Shown here: in pieces, positions 52,476 to 62,268 of the stretch
How positions within the stretch are numbered: position 1 is the first letter of the stretch
Layout: each line of letters begins with the position of its first letter
From: Thecamonas trahens ATCC 50062
Lineage: Eukaryota > Protista > Apusomonadida
Assembly (NCBI RefSeq): GCF_000142905.1
Contig: NW_013657677.1
Span: forward strand, 434,001-498,000
DNA length: 64,000 bases
Direction: 5' to 3'
Position numbers and translations under genes: made by a program
The notes under the pieces: model-generated
Seen by the model: the letters and a program-made list of their open reading frames with translations, nothing else
Told to the model about the DNA's origin: nothing
Databases searched by the model: none

Positions 52476-55400
52476 TCACGTCCGCGGCTCGACGATACGC
52501 GACCGTTTGTGGGCCTCTTCCTCGTCGTCAAAGCCGGACATGCCTGCGGCGAGGACGGAGCGGAGGAACGAGAAACCGTCAACGGCCTCGTCACCTTCGG
52601 GCACGTACTTGGTCTGCTGGTATTGGCGGACTTGGGTGATGGTACCGGCGACGAGCCAGCACTTCGAAAAGTTGATCAGCTGCTCGCCGTCGTGGTCGAC
52701 ATGATCCGGGTTGCCGTCCTCGATGAACGTGAGATCGGTGAGGTACATGCCGAGGTACGGAATGCACGGTGGGTTGGCGAGGCCGAGGTGTGAGCGCATG
52801 TTTTTGTACGACGCGTTGCGCGAGAGGAGCTCATTGAGTGCATCCCACTGGTCGCGGGTCTTGCGGTCGAGCGCGGCCCAGTGCTTCTTGAGCCGAAAGA
52901 TCGGCGACGACTGGAGCGCCGCGGTCACCTCCATGGCGCCGTTGAGGTTGTTGAGTGCGACGAGCTCGTGCCCGAACCGGATCGCTCGCTTGAGGATCTT
53001 GACGCGGTCAGCCATGCGACCTTCGACACGAAGGATCTCGTGGACAATGAACCGCGAGAAGCTGTTGAACCACCGGATCATGGCGAGCACGTTTGGCGCC
53101 TTGGTCTCCTTACCCTTTTTCGACCACGAGAGCCCAAGGAACTCTTGCGGCCGGATGGCGATGAACAGTTTTTGCTCGTAGATCGAGAGCGCGAGCGCCA
53201 GTGACTTGATGTCCACGTCGGCGAGGGTGAGGTCGAGTGAGACCGACGGGAGCACGCCAGACGCCCGGTCGACCGTGGCCCACTCGACTATCAGCTCAGA
53301 GGCTCGGACCGAGTCGCGTGCACTGCCGCCTGCCGCGGCTGGCACCCCCGACGCCCGCGTCAGCAGCCGCTCCAGGATCTTGGCCGGCCGCTCCATGGCC
53401 GTCGCCGGCATGACGTTCCGCACAAACTCAAGGAGCCGCTTGGCCAGCTCGGGTTCGGCCTCAAAGTCGTAGTAAAAGTCCTTGATCCACTTCCGCAGAA
53501 TGTTGAAAACCCGGAGCCGAATCGGAACCTGCTGCGACTTTGTAAAGTCGAGCAGCGCAGAGCCCGTAAGCTCCGGCGGCGGAGTGATGCAGTACCGCTC
53601 GACGAGCAAGTCGAGGAGCTCGAGCGGCGAGGTAAATGCTCGGTAGGTGAGAAGGAAGGCCCGGACGTACGACGGCATGGGCGACCGCTCGTACGTCAAC
53701 AGCTCGACAAGCTTGCGAAGCGTGCCTGCGCGGACCCGGATGTCCGAGTCGACCTCGGACGCGTCGAGATCGGCCGGGGCAGTCGATGCTACCGCGACGC
53801 TCGCGCTGTCGTTGCGCGTCGCCGGACTCGCGCTCTTGGCGTCCATGAACAGCAACTCGGACGAGGCCACGAGCGAGGTCCGCGAGCCGGGCGACTGCGG
53901 CATGGCCGAACGGGCGCGGACTTTCTTGAGCAGCGTCTCGCGATCAAGCGCGGTCATCGTTTCCACCGGTTGCGATGGCTGCGAGGTGTCTGCTGCGAGG
54001 ATCGAGTCGATGTCGACGGCGGTGTGGGCCTGCGGCGGCTGGTTGCGGCCGTACTCGGACGACGAGCGCGCGCGCTGGACAAATGACCGCTCAAACGAAG
54101 CGCGGTTGACGGCGCTGATACCGGAGGCCGGCTCGTTTCCGTGGATCAGTGACGGGTCGGAGGCGCGACCCGAGGGCGAGCCGGCCTGCGGCGACGAGCT
54201 GTCTGGCTGGCTCTCGGGCTTGCTATCGGCGGCTGAGCACCCTGGGCTCCCTCTCAGGGCGTCGGCTGGCACGGGGTCGGGCCGTGAAATCAGCGGCGGC
54301 AAGACCGGCGAGACCGACAGGTCCGGCGGAGGGCTAAGGCCGTCCTCGCCAAAGATGGCGACGAGGCGGAGGTAGACCTCGGCGTCGACCGAGGGCATGC
54401 TAAAGGCAGCAATGCGCTCGAGCGTCGACCACCGGTCCAGCATCTTGCGGTTCTCGTCTTCGGTCTCCTGCAGCGACCACGCGAGGTCGGCGTTGAGCGA
54501 GTTGATCCGCTGCAGGCCGCGGAGCGTGACGGCGTCCTCGCGGAGCAGGAGGCGCGTCTCAGTGTAGTCCTTCTGCTCGTCGATGAGTCGGATCTTGAGC
54601 TGCGACTTGCTCACGACAGCAGAGCCGACCAGCTCGCCGAGCCGCCGCAGCGACATCAACGACGTGGTCTTGGTAGCAATGAGCGTCTCCAGCGCCCGCC
54701 TGAGGTCGGCTTCCTCGCGGGCATAAGCATGCGTCTCGGCGGTGAGCGCGGCGTGGCGCTTGCGCATGTCAGAGAGAGCCAGCTCGCGCTCTTGAAGGAC
54801 GGCGGACAGCGCTTGGGCCTCGGCGAGCTGCGACGCGGTCGGCGCGGGCGGGCCGGACGCGTCCTTGATACGGGCCTCGAGGACAGCGACTTCTGCGGCA
54901 GCGACCGAGCGGCGAAACTCGAGCTCGCGGCGCTGGGCCACAAACGGGGCACCGCGTGCGGCGGCTGCGCACTCTGCCGCGAGCTGGCTCTTCAGCGCAT
55001 GCTCAACCTCGCGCATGTCGGCGAGCAGCATCTTGGCCTCTGCGGCGTCGGCATTCCGCTCCTCGGCAGTGGTCCTGAGCGCAGCTAGCAGCGCTGACGA
55101 CGACGTCATCTGGTCACGCATGCGGTCGACGACGGTGGCGAGGATAGCATGGGTCTCCAGCACGTGCTGAGTGGCTTCGGCCTTGTTGCGGAGCGTGGCG
55201 AGCTCGCACTTGGCGTCCTGGGTCACGGCAATGAGCGCAAAGAGTGACCGCCGCAACTTTTGCATCTCGGACGGCGAGCGCGCAAACCGGAAGAGCGTCC
55301 GCTCGAGCACCGACGTGTCCTTGACTTCTTCGATGGTTGCCGAGACGACGTTACGGGCGGCTTCAAACGACTGCTGCTTGGCGGCCTGCGCGGCCTTGAC

Positions 55401-55871
55401 GAGCTCGACAAGCTCGGCCTTTTCCAGCCTGAGCTCCTCGAGCTCGGCAACTCGGGCCTTGCGGGCGCGCGAGCCGGCCGACGACCGTGTCCCGCGCTTG
55501 GAAGCCGACGTCCGCTCGCGAGAGGCCAGCATAGCTCCCGCGGCCGAGACCGGCTCGTCACTCTGCTCGCCACCTTGCCCATCGCCGTCGGTCTGGGCTT
55601 CGGCGTCAGCGTCAGCGTCGGCGTCGGCGTCGGCTTGCGACGGTGGCGGCTCGGTAGCCTTGCGGGCCTCGGCATGCTTGGCCAGCAGCGTCAGCTTTTC
55701 GTTCTGCTTGGCAAGAGCGTCAGCCTGCTTGGTCAGGGCCCTTCGCTCGGCAATGACCTTGATAAGTGTCTTCTCCACCTTTGCCGACAGCGCCGCCTGC
55801 TCCTGCTGCAGCTTCGCCACCTGCGCCTGCAAGGCTGCGTTCTCGGCGGCGAGCGCCTCCTTCTCCGACAT
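52476..55871 (-). CDS. RasGEF (REM plus CDC25 domain) with N-terminal coiled coil
   Basis: AGTLRKLVELL, FLLTYRAF, IRLRVFNILRKW, PPCIPYLGMYLTDLTFIEDGNPD, INFSK. Confidence 0.93.
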   Translation of the reverse strand: MSEKEALAAENAALQAQVAKLQQEQAALSAKVEKTLIKVIAERRALTKQADALAKQNEKLTLLAKHAEARKATEPPPSQADADADADADAEAQTDGDGQGGEQSDEPVSAAGAMLASRERTSASKRGTRSSAGSRARKARVAELEELRLEKAELVELVKAAQAAKQQSFEAARNVVSATIEEVKDTSVLERTLFRFARSPSEMQKLRRSLFALIAVTQDAKCELATLRNKAEATQHVLETHAILATVVDRMRDQMTSSSALLAALRTTAEERNADAAEAKMLLADMREVEHALKSQLAAECAAAARGAPFVAQRRELEFRRSVAAAEVAVLEARIKDASGPPAPTASQLAEAQALSAVLQERELALSDMRKRHAALTAETHAYAREEADLRRALETLIATKTTSLMSLRRLGELVGSAVVSKSQLKIRLIDEQKDYTETRLLLREDAVTLRGLQRINSLNADLAWSLQETEDENRKMLDRWSTLERIAAFSMPSVDAEVYLRLVAIFGEDGLSPPPDLSVSPVLPPLISRPDPVPADALRGSPGCSAADSKPESQPDSSSPQAGSPSGRASDPSLIHGNEPASGISAVNRASFERSFVQRARSSSEYGRNQPPQAHTAVDIDSILAADTSQPSQPVETMTALDRETLLKKVRARSAMPQSPGSRTSLVASSELLFMDAKSASPATRNDSASVAVASTAPADLDASEVDSDIRVRAGTLRKLVELLTYERSPMPSYVRAFLLTYRAFTSPLELLDLLVERYCITPPPELTGSALLDFTKSQQVPIRLRVFNILRKWIKDFYYDFEAEPELAKRLLEFVRNVMPATAMERPAKILERLLTRASGVPAAAGGSARDSVRASELIVEWATVDRASGVLPSVSLDLTLADVDIKSLALALSIYEQKLFIAIRPQEFLGLSWSKKGKETKAPNVLAMIRWFNSFSRFIVHEILRVEGRMADRVKILKRAIRFGHELVALNNLNGAMEVTAALQSSPIFRLKKHWAALDRKTRDQWDALNELLSRNASYKNMRSHLGLANPPCIPYLGMYLTDLTFIEDGNPDHVDHDGEQLINFSKCWLVAGTITQVRQYQQTKYVPEGDEAVDGFSFLRSVLAAGMSGFDDEEEAHKRSRIVEPRT

Positions 55872-55910
55872 GTGCAGAGGCGGTGAGTGGGAGTGGGAGG
55901 GGAGGGGAAG

Positions 55911-55914
55911 TGTA

Positions 55915-55966
<52 letters not shown>

Positions 55967-55975
55967 TGTGTGTGC

Positions 55976-56009
<34 letters not shown>

Positions 56010-56043
56010 ATGTGTGTGTGTGCGTGTGTTTGTGTGTGTGCGT
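55911..56043. repeat. (TG)n/(TATG)n microsatellite between divergent genes
   Basis: Directly visible. Confidence 0.95.
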
Positions 56044-56209
56044 GAATGTGCCCCGCTTGGGGGGCGGTGGCAGTGGAGGAGTGTCACACCCCAAATCCGC
56101 CTCGGTTGCCGCCGCCTGTTCGCATTCGGTGCACTCTCAAACCACCACTCCCCTCCCCCTCCCCCTCCCCCCCCCCCCCTCCCCCCCCCTTCCCCAACCT
56201 CTACCCCTC

Positions 56210-58522
56210 ATGCAGTACGTGAGCGGACTCCCTCCGGGGATGCAAGAGGGATACTTTGGCGAGACGGCCGAGGGTATCCGCCACGGACAGGGCACCTATA
56301 TCTACCCGGGTGGCTTCTTTGCCTACTCGGGCCAGTGGCGCGACGGGGTCAAGCACGGGCAAGGCACCTTCTACATGGGCGATGGCTCGTCGTACGAGGG
56401 TGCCTTTGTCGACGGTGAGATACAGGGTCACGGTCTCCGCCGCTATGCTGATGGTGGCACATACTCGGGAGTGTTCCGCATGGGCGAGCGCCACGGCCAG
56501 GGTGTCGAGCTCGCTGCCAACGGCGACCGCTACGAAGGAATGTGGGCCAACAACCAGCGCCACGGCAAGGGCATCCTCGTTCTCGCGGATGGCACACGCT
56601 ACGAGGGCACCTTTGTCCGTCATGCCCGCCACGGCTCAGGCTCACTTCGCGCAGCAAACGGCGACGCCTACACCGGCGGCTGGTACAAGAACCGCCGCCA
56701 CGGCGAGGGCGACGCCCGCTACGCAAATGGCGACTCGTACTCGGGCGAGTGGCACAAAGGCAAGCGCCACGGCTCGGGCAGGCTCTATCACGCTGCCTCA
56801 GGCTTGGTCTACCTTGGCGAGTGGGTCAACGATGCCATCGACACCCCGACCGTCCTCCGCCTCGTCCCGCCTCCTCCCGATCAGCTGCCTCACGACTCGC
56901 TCCTCGCACCCGCGCGCTCATCGGCCGAGCTTGTGCATGCTGACAGCGGCGTGAAAGCAGGCACAGCCGCCGCTGTTGGACCAGACAAGCCGCTGCTGAG
57001 GGCCGATCCGCGGAGTAGGCAGCCCGCCGGGCCACGGGCGGCCTCGCGCGCCGGCACCCGCGCCAGTGGCGCGCGGCCCAACCCTGCTCGACGGGCTGCA
57101 GCCCGCAGCACCCGCACCCGCGCGCCTTCTAACCCGTCGCTGCCGTCTGTATTTGGCGCTGATGCCGACGCCAACAAGGGTGGCGACCTCGGCGGGGCAC
57201 ACGGCGAGCCGTCGCTGGCGCAGGCCGTCTTTGCCGACATGCCTGGCACTGCCGGCGGTGGCGCTGGCGTTGCTGCCCTTGTCAACATTTCTGAGAACGA
57301 ACGGTTGGCCGCTGTCGCCGAGGGCAAGCTTCTCCAGCTCGAGGTCGGCGATGTCCTGCCGCGACTGGAAGTGCTTGCCTGCCTCGTGCGTGAGCGCCCG
57401 GCGTCGGTGGCGACCGACGGGTCCGGCGGGACGGGCGAGAGCACAGGCGCTGATCTCGGTGCCTCGGGCTCGGCAGCAGCGGCGGTGGCGTCTCCGGGTC
57501 CTGGCTCCCGGCCACGTCCGGGCTCGGCCGCTGCTGGCCGGAACCGGAGTAGCCGGCCGGGAACCCGGCGGCCAAACCCGCGGCGCACCGGACCTGCTAC
57601 CGGCGGCAGCGCCAAGGCGAGTGCAGCAGCCGCTGAGGCTGCCGCCAAGGCCGAGATTGAGGTCGCTCAGCCACCTCCACCGGCCATCGAGTACCTGCCT
57701 GTCCGTGTCGAGTCTGGCCGCTTCCTTCGTCTCGAGATTGTGCGGCGGACGCTCCTTTCCGAGCAGCCGATACCGCCGCCGCTGGCCTCCCAGGTCGAGC
57801 GAGCCGAGGCGGCCGCTGCCGCTGCCGCTGCCGCCGTCACACCGTCCTCGAGCCGCCGCAGACACTCGAAGCGCGAACGGGGCGGCGACAAGGCCGACAA
57901 GACCGACCGGTCCGCGCCCGACAAGACCGAGCGTAGTGCTGACAAGAGCGATGCCGGTGCCGATGTCGACGGCGACCACCCGCGGCTCCCTGGAGGCGTC
58001 GCCGACCAGATTGTTCAGCGTCCAATCCCGCTACTGAGAGCAAGCCTCTCCCGGTCCGAGTATCTCGCTGCCGAGCGCGCCAAGCAGGACGATGCCTCCG
58101 CGGCCTTGGCCGCAGCCGAGGGCTCGGCCACGGCCGCAACTGTGGCGCCGTGCAGCAGCGCTTCTGCAGCAGGCGATGAGAGTACTGCAGTGGCCGAGAA
58201 CGATGCTGTCAAGGCGGCCGCAGCATCCGATGCGCACAACGGCCTGCCGCGCTCGGCTATTGCCGGCCTCCCGATGGTCTCGGTGCCGGGCAAGACCGAG
58301 GAGGGCTCCGCAGTCTTTGACAGCATCCAGCTGCCGGCTGATCTGGCGCCTGGCGCCAACTATCGCCTGATGGTTTACGACGAGACCAAGGGAACCGAGC
58401 GCCTGGCCGAGATCGATATCGAGGTCCACATCTACCCTCGCGGGCGGCTGCGGCATGCGCCGGGCGCCGCAAAGCCGGCGCCCAGCCGCGACCAGAAGCG
58501 GTCGCGGCGGCGGCGGCGGTGA
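56210..58522 (+). CDS. MORN1: MORN repeat-containing protein 1-like
   Basis: About 8 MORN repeats; YPGGFFAYSGQW...YEGAFVDGEI and ESGRFLRL resemble animal MORN1. Confidence 0.75.
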   Translation: MQYVSGLPPGMQEGYFGETAEGIRHGQGTYIYPGGFFAYSGQWRDGVKHGQGTFYMGDGSSYEGAFVDGEIQGHGLRRYADGGTYSGVFRMGERHGQGVELAANGDRYEGMWANNQRHGKGILVLADGTRYEGTFVRHARHGSGSLRAANGDAYTGGWYKNRRHGEGDARYANGDSYSGEWHKGKRHGSGRLYHAASGLVYLGEWVNDAIDTPTVLRLVPPPPDQLPHDSLLAPARSSAELVHADSGVKAGTAAAVGPDKPLLRADPRSRQPAGPRAASRAGTRASGARPNPARRAAARSTRTRAPSNPSLPSVFGADADANKGGDLGGAHGEPSLAQAVFADMPGTAGGGAGVAALVNISENERLAAVAEGKLLQLEVGDVLPRLEVLACLVRERPASVATDGSGGTGESTGADLGASGSAAAAVASPGPGSRPRPGSAAAGRNRSSRPGTRRPNPRRTGPATGGSAKASAAAAEAAAKAEIEVAQPPPPAIEYLPVRVESGRFLRLEIVRRTLLSEQPIPPPLASQVERAEAAAAAAAAAVTPSSSRRRHSKRERGGDKADKTDRSAPDKTERSADKSDAGADVDGDHPRLPGGVADQIVQRPIPLLRASLSRSEYLAAERAKQDDASAALAAAEGSATAATVAPCSSASAAGDESTAVAENDAVKAAAASDAHNGLPRSAIAGLPMVSVPGKTEEGSAVFDSIQLPADLAPGANYRLMVYDETKGTERLAEIDIEVHIYPRGRLRHAPGAAKPAPSRDQKRSRRRRR

Positions 58523-58608
58523 TCCTGCCGCACATTTGCTTTGCATGTCAGCGCTTACGGCGCCGCATCCCACGGCGACTCTTTCAGTGTAACATCCATA
58601 GCCCTTCT

Positions 58609-58924
58609 TCACCACTCGCCTGACGAGCTATTGCCCTCGGCGCCTGTTGTGGCGCCTGCGCCCGCGGCGCCTGTTGCTCTGATTCGCTCGCGAGTCGAGC
58701 CTATCCCCACACCACCACCCGCAACCATCACTTGTGTTAGTCTCGTCGCACTCTGCGCGGCTGTGGAGGGACAATGCCAACGTACGGACGGGGGTGGACG
58801 GCGCGGCGGGCGAGGCCGCCGCCGGGTCGACGCCGCGGCTGGCAAGAATGCGCGGGCGGGCAGCGAGGTACTCTTCCTCGTCGCGGCGGGTGAGCTCCAT
58901 GCGGGTGGGGGCTCTGCGGAGCAT
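58609..58924 (-). CDS. CDC26: APC/C subunit CDC26 (Apc12)
   Basis: MLRRAPTRMEL...DEEEY N-terminus; intron 58701..58785 (GTACGT...ACTAAC...ATAG) joins in phase to STRERI...GEW*. Confidence 0.8.
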
Positions 58925-59054
58925 GTGTTTGACTTGTTGTGTATGAAGAGAGGAAAGAGGAGTGGCTGGCGCGGGCGTGGGCGCGGGCGTGGGCGTGTCG
59001 AGTGAGGGGCTGGCGCCAAATGCCGAAGCGAGTCGACAGCCGTGTTCTCTGATT

Positions 59055-60500
59055 TCAGCGGCCGTCGCCGTGGCCACCCTGGTCGCCAAACATGGCGGTA
59101 ATGGCGGCGTTGTGGGGGTTGACCGGACCGAGAACATGCGGGATGTTGGTCTCGAGGATGGTCCAGATGGCATCGGCCCAGAGCGTGGAGCCGACCAGCG
59201 ATGGGTGGACACCGCCGACCTGGGAGACGAGGTCGGCGACGTTGCCTCCCTTGGCGGCCCAGGATGCAATAATGTCCTCGTCGGGCAGGTCAAAGTAGTA
59301 CATGTCGAACGAGGCATAGTGCTTCGTGGCAATGATGTCCTTGTAGACGGCCTCGAGCGCGCGAGCACGGGCCGAAGTAAAGGCACGAAGCGTGGCGTTC
59401 GGGTTAAGCCATCCGTAGCACGGGTTGAGCGTCCGTGCGTCGCCGTGCTTGGCGCCGACAGTCTGGTTGTTGACAAACTCCCAGGCCTCGAGGTAGGTGA
59501 TGCCGGCAAAGGGATAAGGCTTGTCCTTCATCGCCTGATAGTAGGCCTCGCCGTGGAGGTAGCCAAAGAAGACGACGTTGGAGTTGGGCGGCAGCATGGC
59601 ATCGAGCTGATCGAGGATGGAGAGCATGTTGGTCTTGTATGCCGCCGGCTCGGTCATGTGCGAGGTGCCCGGGTGCGGGTTGCACACGTCGTTGGCGACT
59701 TCTGCGAGGAGAACGAGGGCAGGTGCGTCAGTTTCCTTGTGGCGGGCGGTGGTGTTGACTAGCTCGGCGGCCATCGGTCCCGATCGCATGCCGTTGACCG
59801 CAATGTTTTGGTAGTCGCGCAGATTGCAACGGTTCCGCTCCACGAGCCGCTTGTAGATCGAGTCGACGTGGCCGAGGATGTACGGCCCGTCACACCGCTT
59901 GACGTCATCTTCCCACGCGGTCGCCCACGAGCACTCAGGCCAGTCGAGCTCGGTATCGAGCATCTTGGGCCACTCGGGTAGATGGGCCGGCCGCAGCGGG
60001 ACATCAAAGTGGGCGCCGGTCGAGTCCGAGAGCAGAATCAGGCCCTGTGGCGCAAACTTGTCGCCGCAGAAGAGCTCCTCATACGTTCCGGATGCGTTAC
60101 GGCCGGATATCCCGTTGCAGTTGTAGTCTGCGGCGGCATCGGTGCCTCGCGGGACAGATCGTCGTCCAGGGTAGATTTCGGGCGCGTGGTCGTCGCAGTC
60201 CTTGCCGCGCCACGCGTAGCCACGGAGGCCAAAATCGGTGGAGAACTTGTCGCCGTCATGGTCCGAGGCTGGCAGATGGTCGGCGACCTCGTTGATGGGA
60301 CACTCAAAGAAGGAGCAAACACTCACTAGCACATCGCAAATGATCTTGTCTTCACCACTCGCGCCTTTGCACGCCTTGGACGCCCCACGGACCTCCTCGC
60401 ACTTGGGGCAGAGCGGGAGCCGGCTAGGCGCGGCCAAGGCCGGGACTAGGACCAGGACGACAGCAGAGGCAACAATGAGCGTGAGAGGGTGGACGTGCAT
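59055..60500 (-). CDS. AOAH: Acyloxyacyl hydrolase (SGNH lipase)-like, secreted
   Basis: Signal peptide; LRGYAWRGKDC, YPGRR, NCNGI, DSTGAHF, ELDWP, NRCNLRDYQN, NDVC, NPCYGWLN, HPS. Confidence 0.88.
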   Translation of the reverse strand: MHVHPLTLIVASAVVLVLVPALAAPSRLPLCPKCEEVRGASKACKGASGEDKIICDVLVSVCSFFECPINEVADHLPASDHDGDKFSTDFGLRGYAWRGKDCDDHAPEIYPGRRSVPRGTDAAADYNCNGISGRNASGTYEELFCGDKFAPQGLILLSDSTGAHFDVPLRPAHLPEWPKMLDTELDWPECSWATAWEDDVKRCDGPYILGHVDSIYKRLVERNRCNLRDYQNIAVNGMRSGPMAAELVNTTARHKETDAPALVLLAEVANDVCNPHPGTSHMTEPAAYKTNMLSILDQLDAMLPPNSNVVFFGYLHGEAYYQAMKDKPYPFAGITYLEAWEFVNNQTVGAKHGDARTLNPCYGWLNPNATLRAFTSARARALEAVYKDIIATKHYASFDMYYFDLPDEDIIASWAAKGGNVADLVSQVGGVHPSLVGSTLWADAIWTILETNIPHVLGPVNPHNAAITAMFGDQGGHGDGR

Positions 60501-60621
60501 GGTGGTGTGGGTCCGTGGACGGTGGCGAAATGGTGGTGCGACAGGTGACACAGGTGCGCGCGTGCGGCGTGAAAAACAGCCAGCACAGAGGACCGACACA
60601 CGGCCGAGCGCCATTGAGGAT

Positions 60622-62019
60622 TTACGCCAGATCGAGGGCCTGCGGGAGGTGGACATGGCAGAGCTCGGCGGCGCGGTCAGTGGCGTCCGGGTCCGAGACA
60701 AGAAGCGCCGACGAGGCACCCGGAAGGAGGACGATGCCCTCGTACTTTGTGACGTCGCGGGCGATGGAGCCGTCGCGGCTGCGGCGGTAGATGTGGGCAG
60801 CACGCGGCGGATGGGAGGATGCAACGGCGCCGGTGCGGACGTCGACCTCGACGACGCCCACAGCACAGCCGATGACTGGCCCATCGGCAAGAGGCGAGGG
60901 CGTGTCTTCGGCAGCCGCAAGGAAGACGAGGCGGGCGGCGCAGTGCTGCGTGCCGCGGACCGGCGCAGTACCGTTGACGTGGCGCGGGTCACACCGCGGC
61001 GGCGCGGTGTCGAGATCGGTCGGGGTTAGAGCCACACCGTCGATTTCCGGCAGCGCCAGCGCCGCCAGCGTGGTAATGGCGGGAACAGGGAGCTTGTGCG
61101 GCTCCGCGAGGTGGCCAAGCAGCTGGCCGCACGGAAAGCCGACGAGGGTGCCAGACGCTGGCTGGCTGCCACCGTCGTTGGCGCGATGAATGGCAAAGAC
61201 GGTGCAGTGGAAGGGCGAGGCCGGGAGTGCCACGGCGAGGCCTTCGATGTTGAGCTCTGCGGCAGCTGTGGCGGCGCGGGTGGCGGCGTACAGCTTCGAG
61301 TACACCGCCGACTCCATGTCTGCCACAAGATGGGTCTCATTGTCGTCATCGGTGTGGATGTGAAGGAGGAGCGCGACCTCACGCTCGTCGACGAGCGAGC
61401 CAGAGCCGACGACCAGGACATGCATGTGGCGGGCGTGGTCCGGATGGGACCGCGGCTTGTAGCTCGCCACGTCGACGCTGCGCAGTGAGGTGTCGAGCCC
61501 GACAAAGCCTGGCATGAGCAGGCCCATCGGCAGCGAGGCTGCAGCCTCGAGATCGTGCTTGTCATCCTGGTCGGGTAAGACGTGGAGATCAAGCCACTCG
61601 ATGTCGACACCGTCAAGCAGAGCGTCACCGGTAGCCACCCCGGGCCCCGGTGGCGTCCGGTCTTTCCGGCGGATAGCCGCTGCGTCGGCCAGTCGCAGAT
61701 GCAGCGCTGCGACCGAGTCGTCGGAGAACACCAGCAGCGAGCCGTCGTCGAGCATGACCATAGCCGAGCCTGCGGTGAGGAAGCGGCCATCCGGCGCAGC
61801 CAGCGGGCGACATGACGAAACAAGTGCATGGATCTCTGGGTCAAACTCGGGTCCGCTCGCTCGTCCATCATCACCCTCGCCATGCCCTTGGGGTATGAGC
61901 GGACCGAGAGCCAAGATGGGAGTGATCGGCGGGCTGACGACCGAGCTGTCCCAGGCGTACATGACCGCCACTGCGAGGAGGGCCACACATGCACTAGCCA
62001 GAGCAGGCGATAGCGACAT
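60622..62019 (-). CDS. Bacterial-type DUF6929/DUF6910-like propeller protein with N-terminal signal anchor
   Basis: KHDLEA, GSGS, LNIEG, AAEDT..DG, KYEG, SDPD motif series. Confidence 0.6.
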   Translation of the reverse strand: MSLSPALASACVALLAVAVMYAWDSSVVSPPITPILALGPLIPQGHGEGDDGRASGPEFDPEIHALVSSCRPLAAPDGRFLTAGSAMVMLDDGSLLVFSDDSVAALHLRLADAAAIRRKDRTPPGPGVATGDALLDGVDIEWLDLHVLPDQDDKHDLEAAASLPMGLLMPGFVGLDTSLRSVDVASYKPRSHPDHARHMHVLVVGSGSLVDEREVALLLHIHTDDDNETHLVADMESAVYSKLYAATRAATAAAELNIEGLAVALPASPFHCTVFAIHRANDGGSQPASGTLVGFPCGQLLGHLAEPHKLPVPAITTLAALALPEIDGVALTPTDLDTAPPRCDPRHVNGTAPVRGTQHCAARLVFLAAAEDTPSPLADGPVIGCAVGVVEVDVRTGAVASSHPPRAAHIYRRSRDGSIARDVTKYEGIVLLPGASSALLVSDPDATDRAAELCHVHLPQALDLA

Positions 62020-62268
62020 GTTGTAGAGGGTAGATGATGGAGGTGGAGGATGGGGGATGAGTGAGGTGGCGGGGGCGGCGGCGTGGACGGCGGGGAAATG
62101 AGCGGGTGTGGGATACGGCTTGGCCTGGCTTGGCCTGGCTTGCACTCTGCAAGGCTGAGGGAGGCACGGCAAGCCCTTACATCTCACTTGGCGACTGTTC
62201 TTGGCTCGGAGCGGCCTTGTGTCTGCTACTGTGCTAGCTGTGTCACAACGTCAGCAGGGGACGGCATC

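Noticed and set aside
55720-56094. His-Thr and Cys-Val repeat ORFs
   Set aside because: Translations of the (TG)n microsatellite; the real starts are 55871 (-) and 56210 (+)
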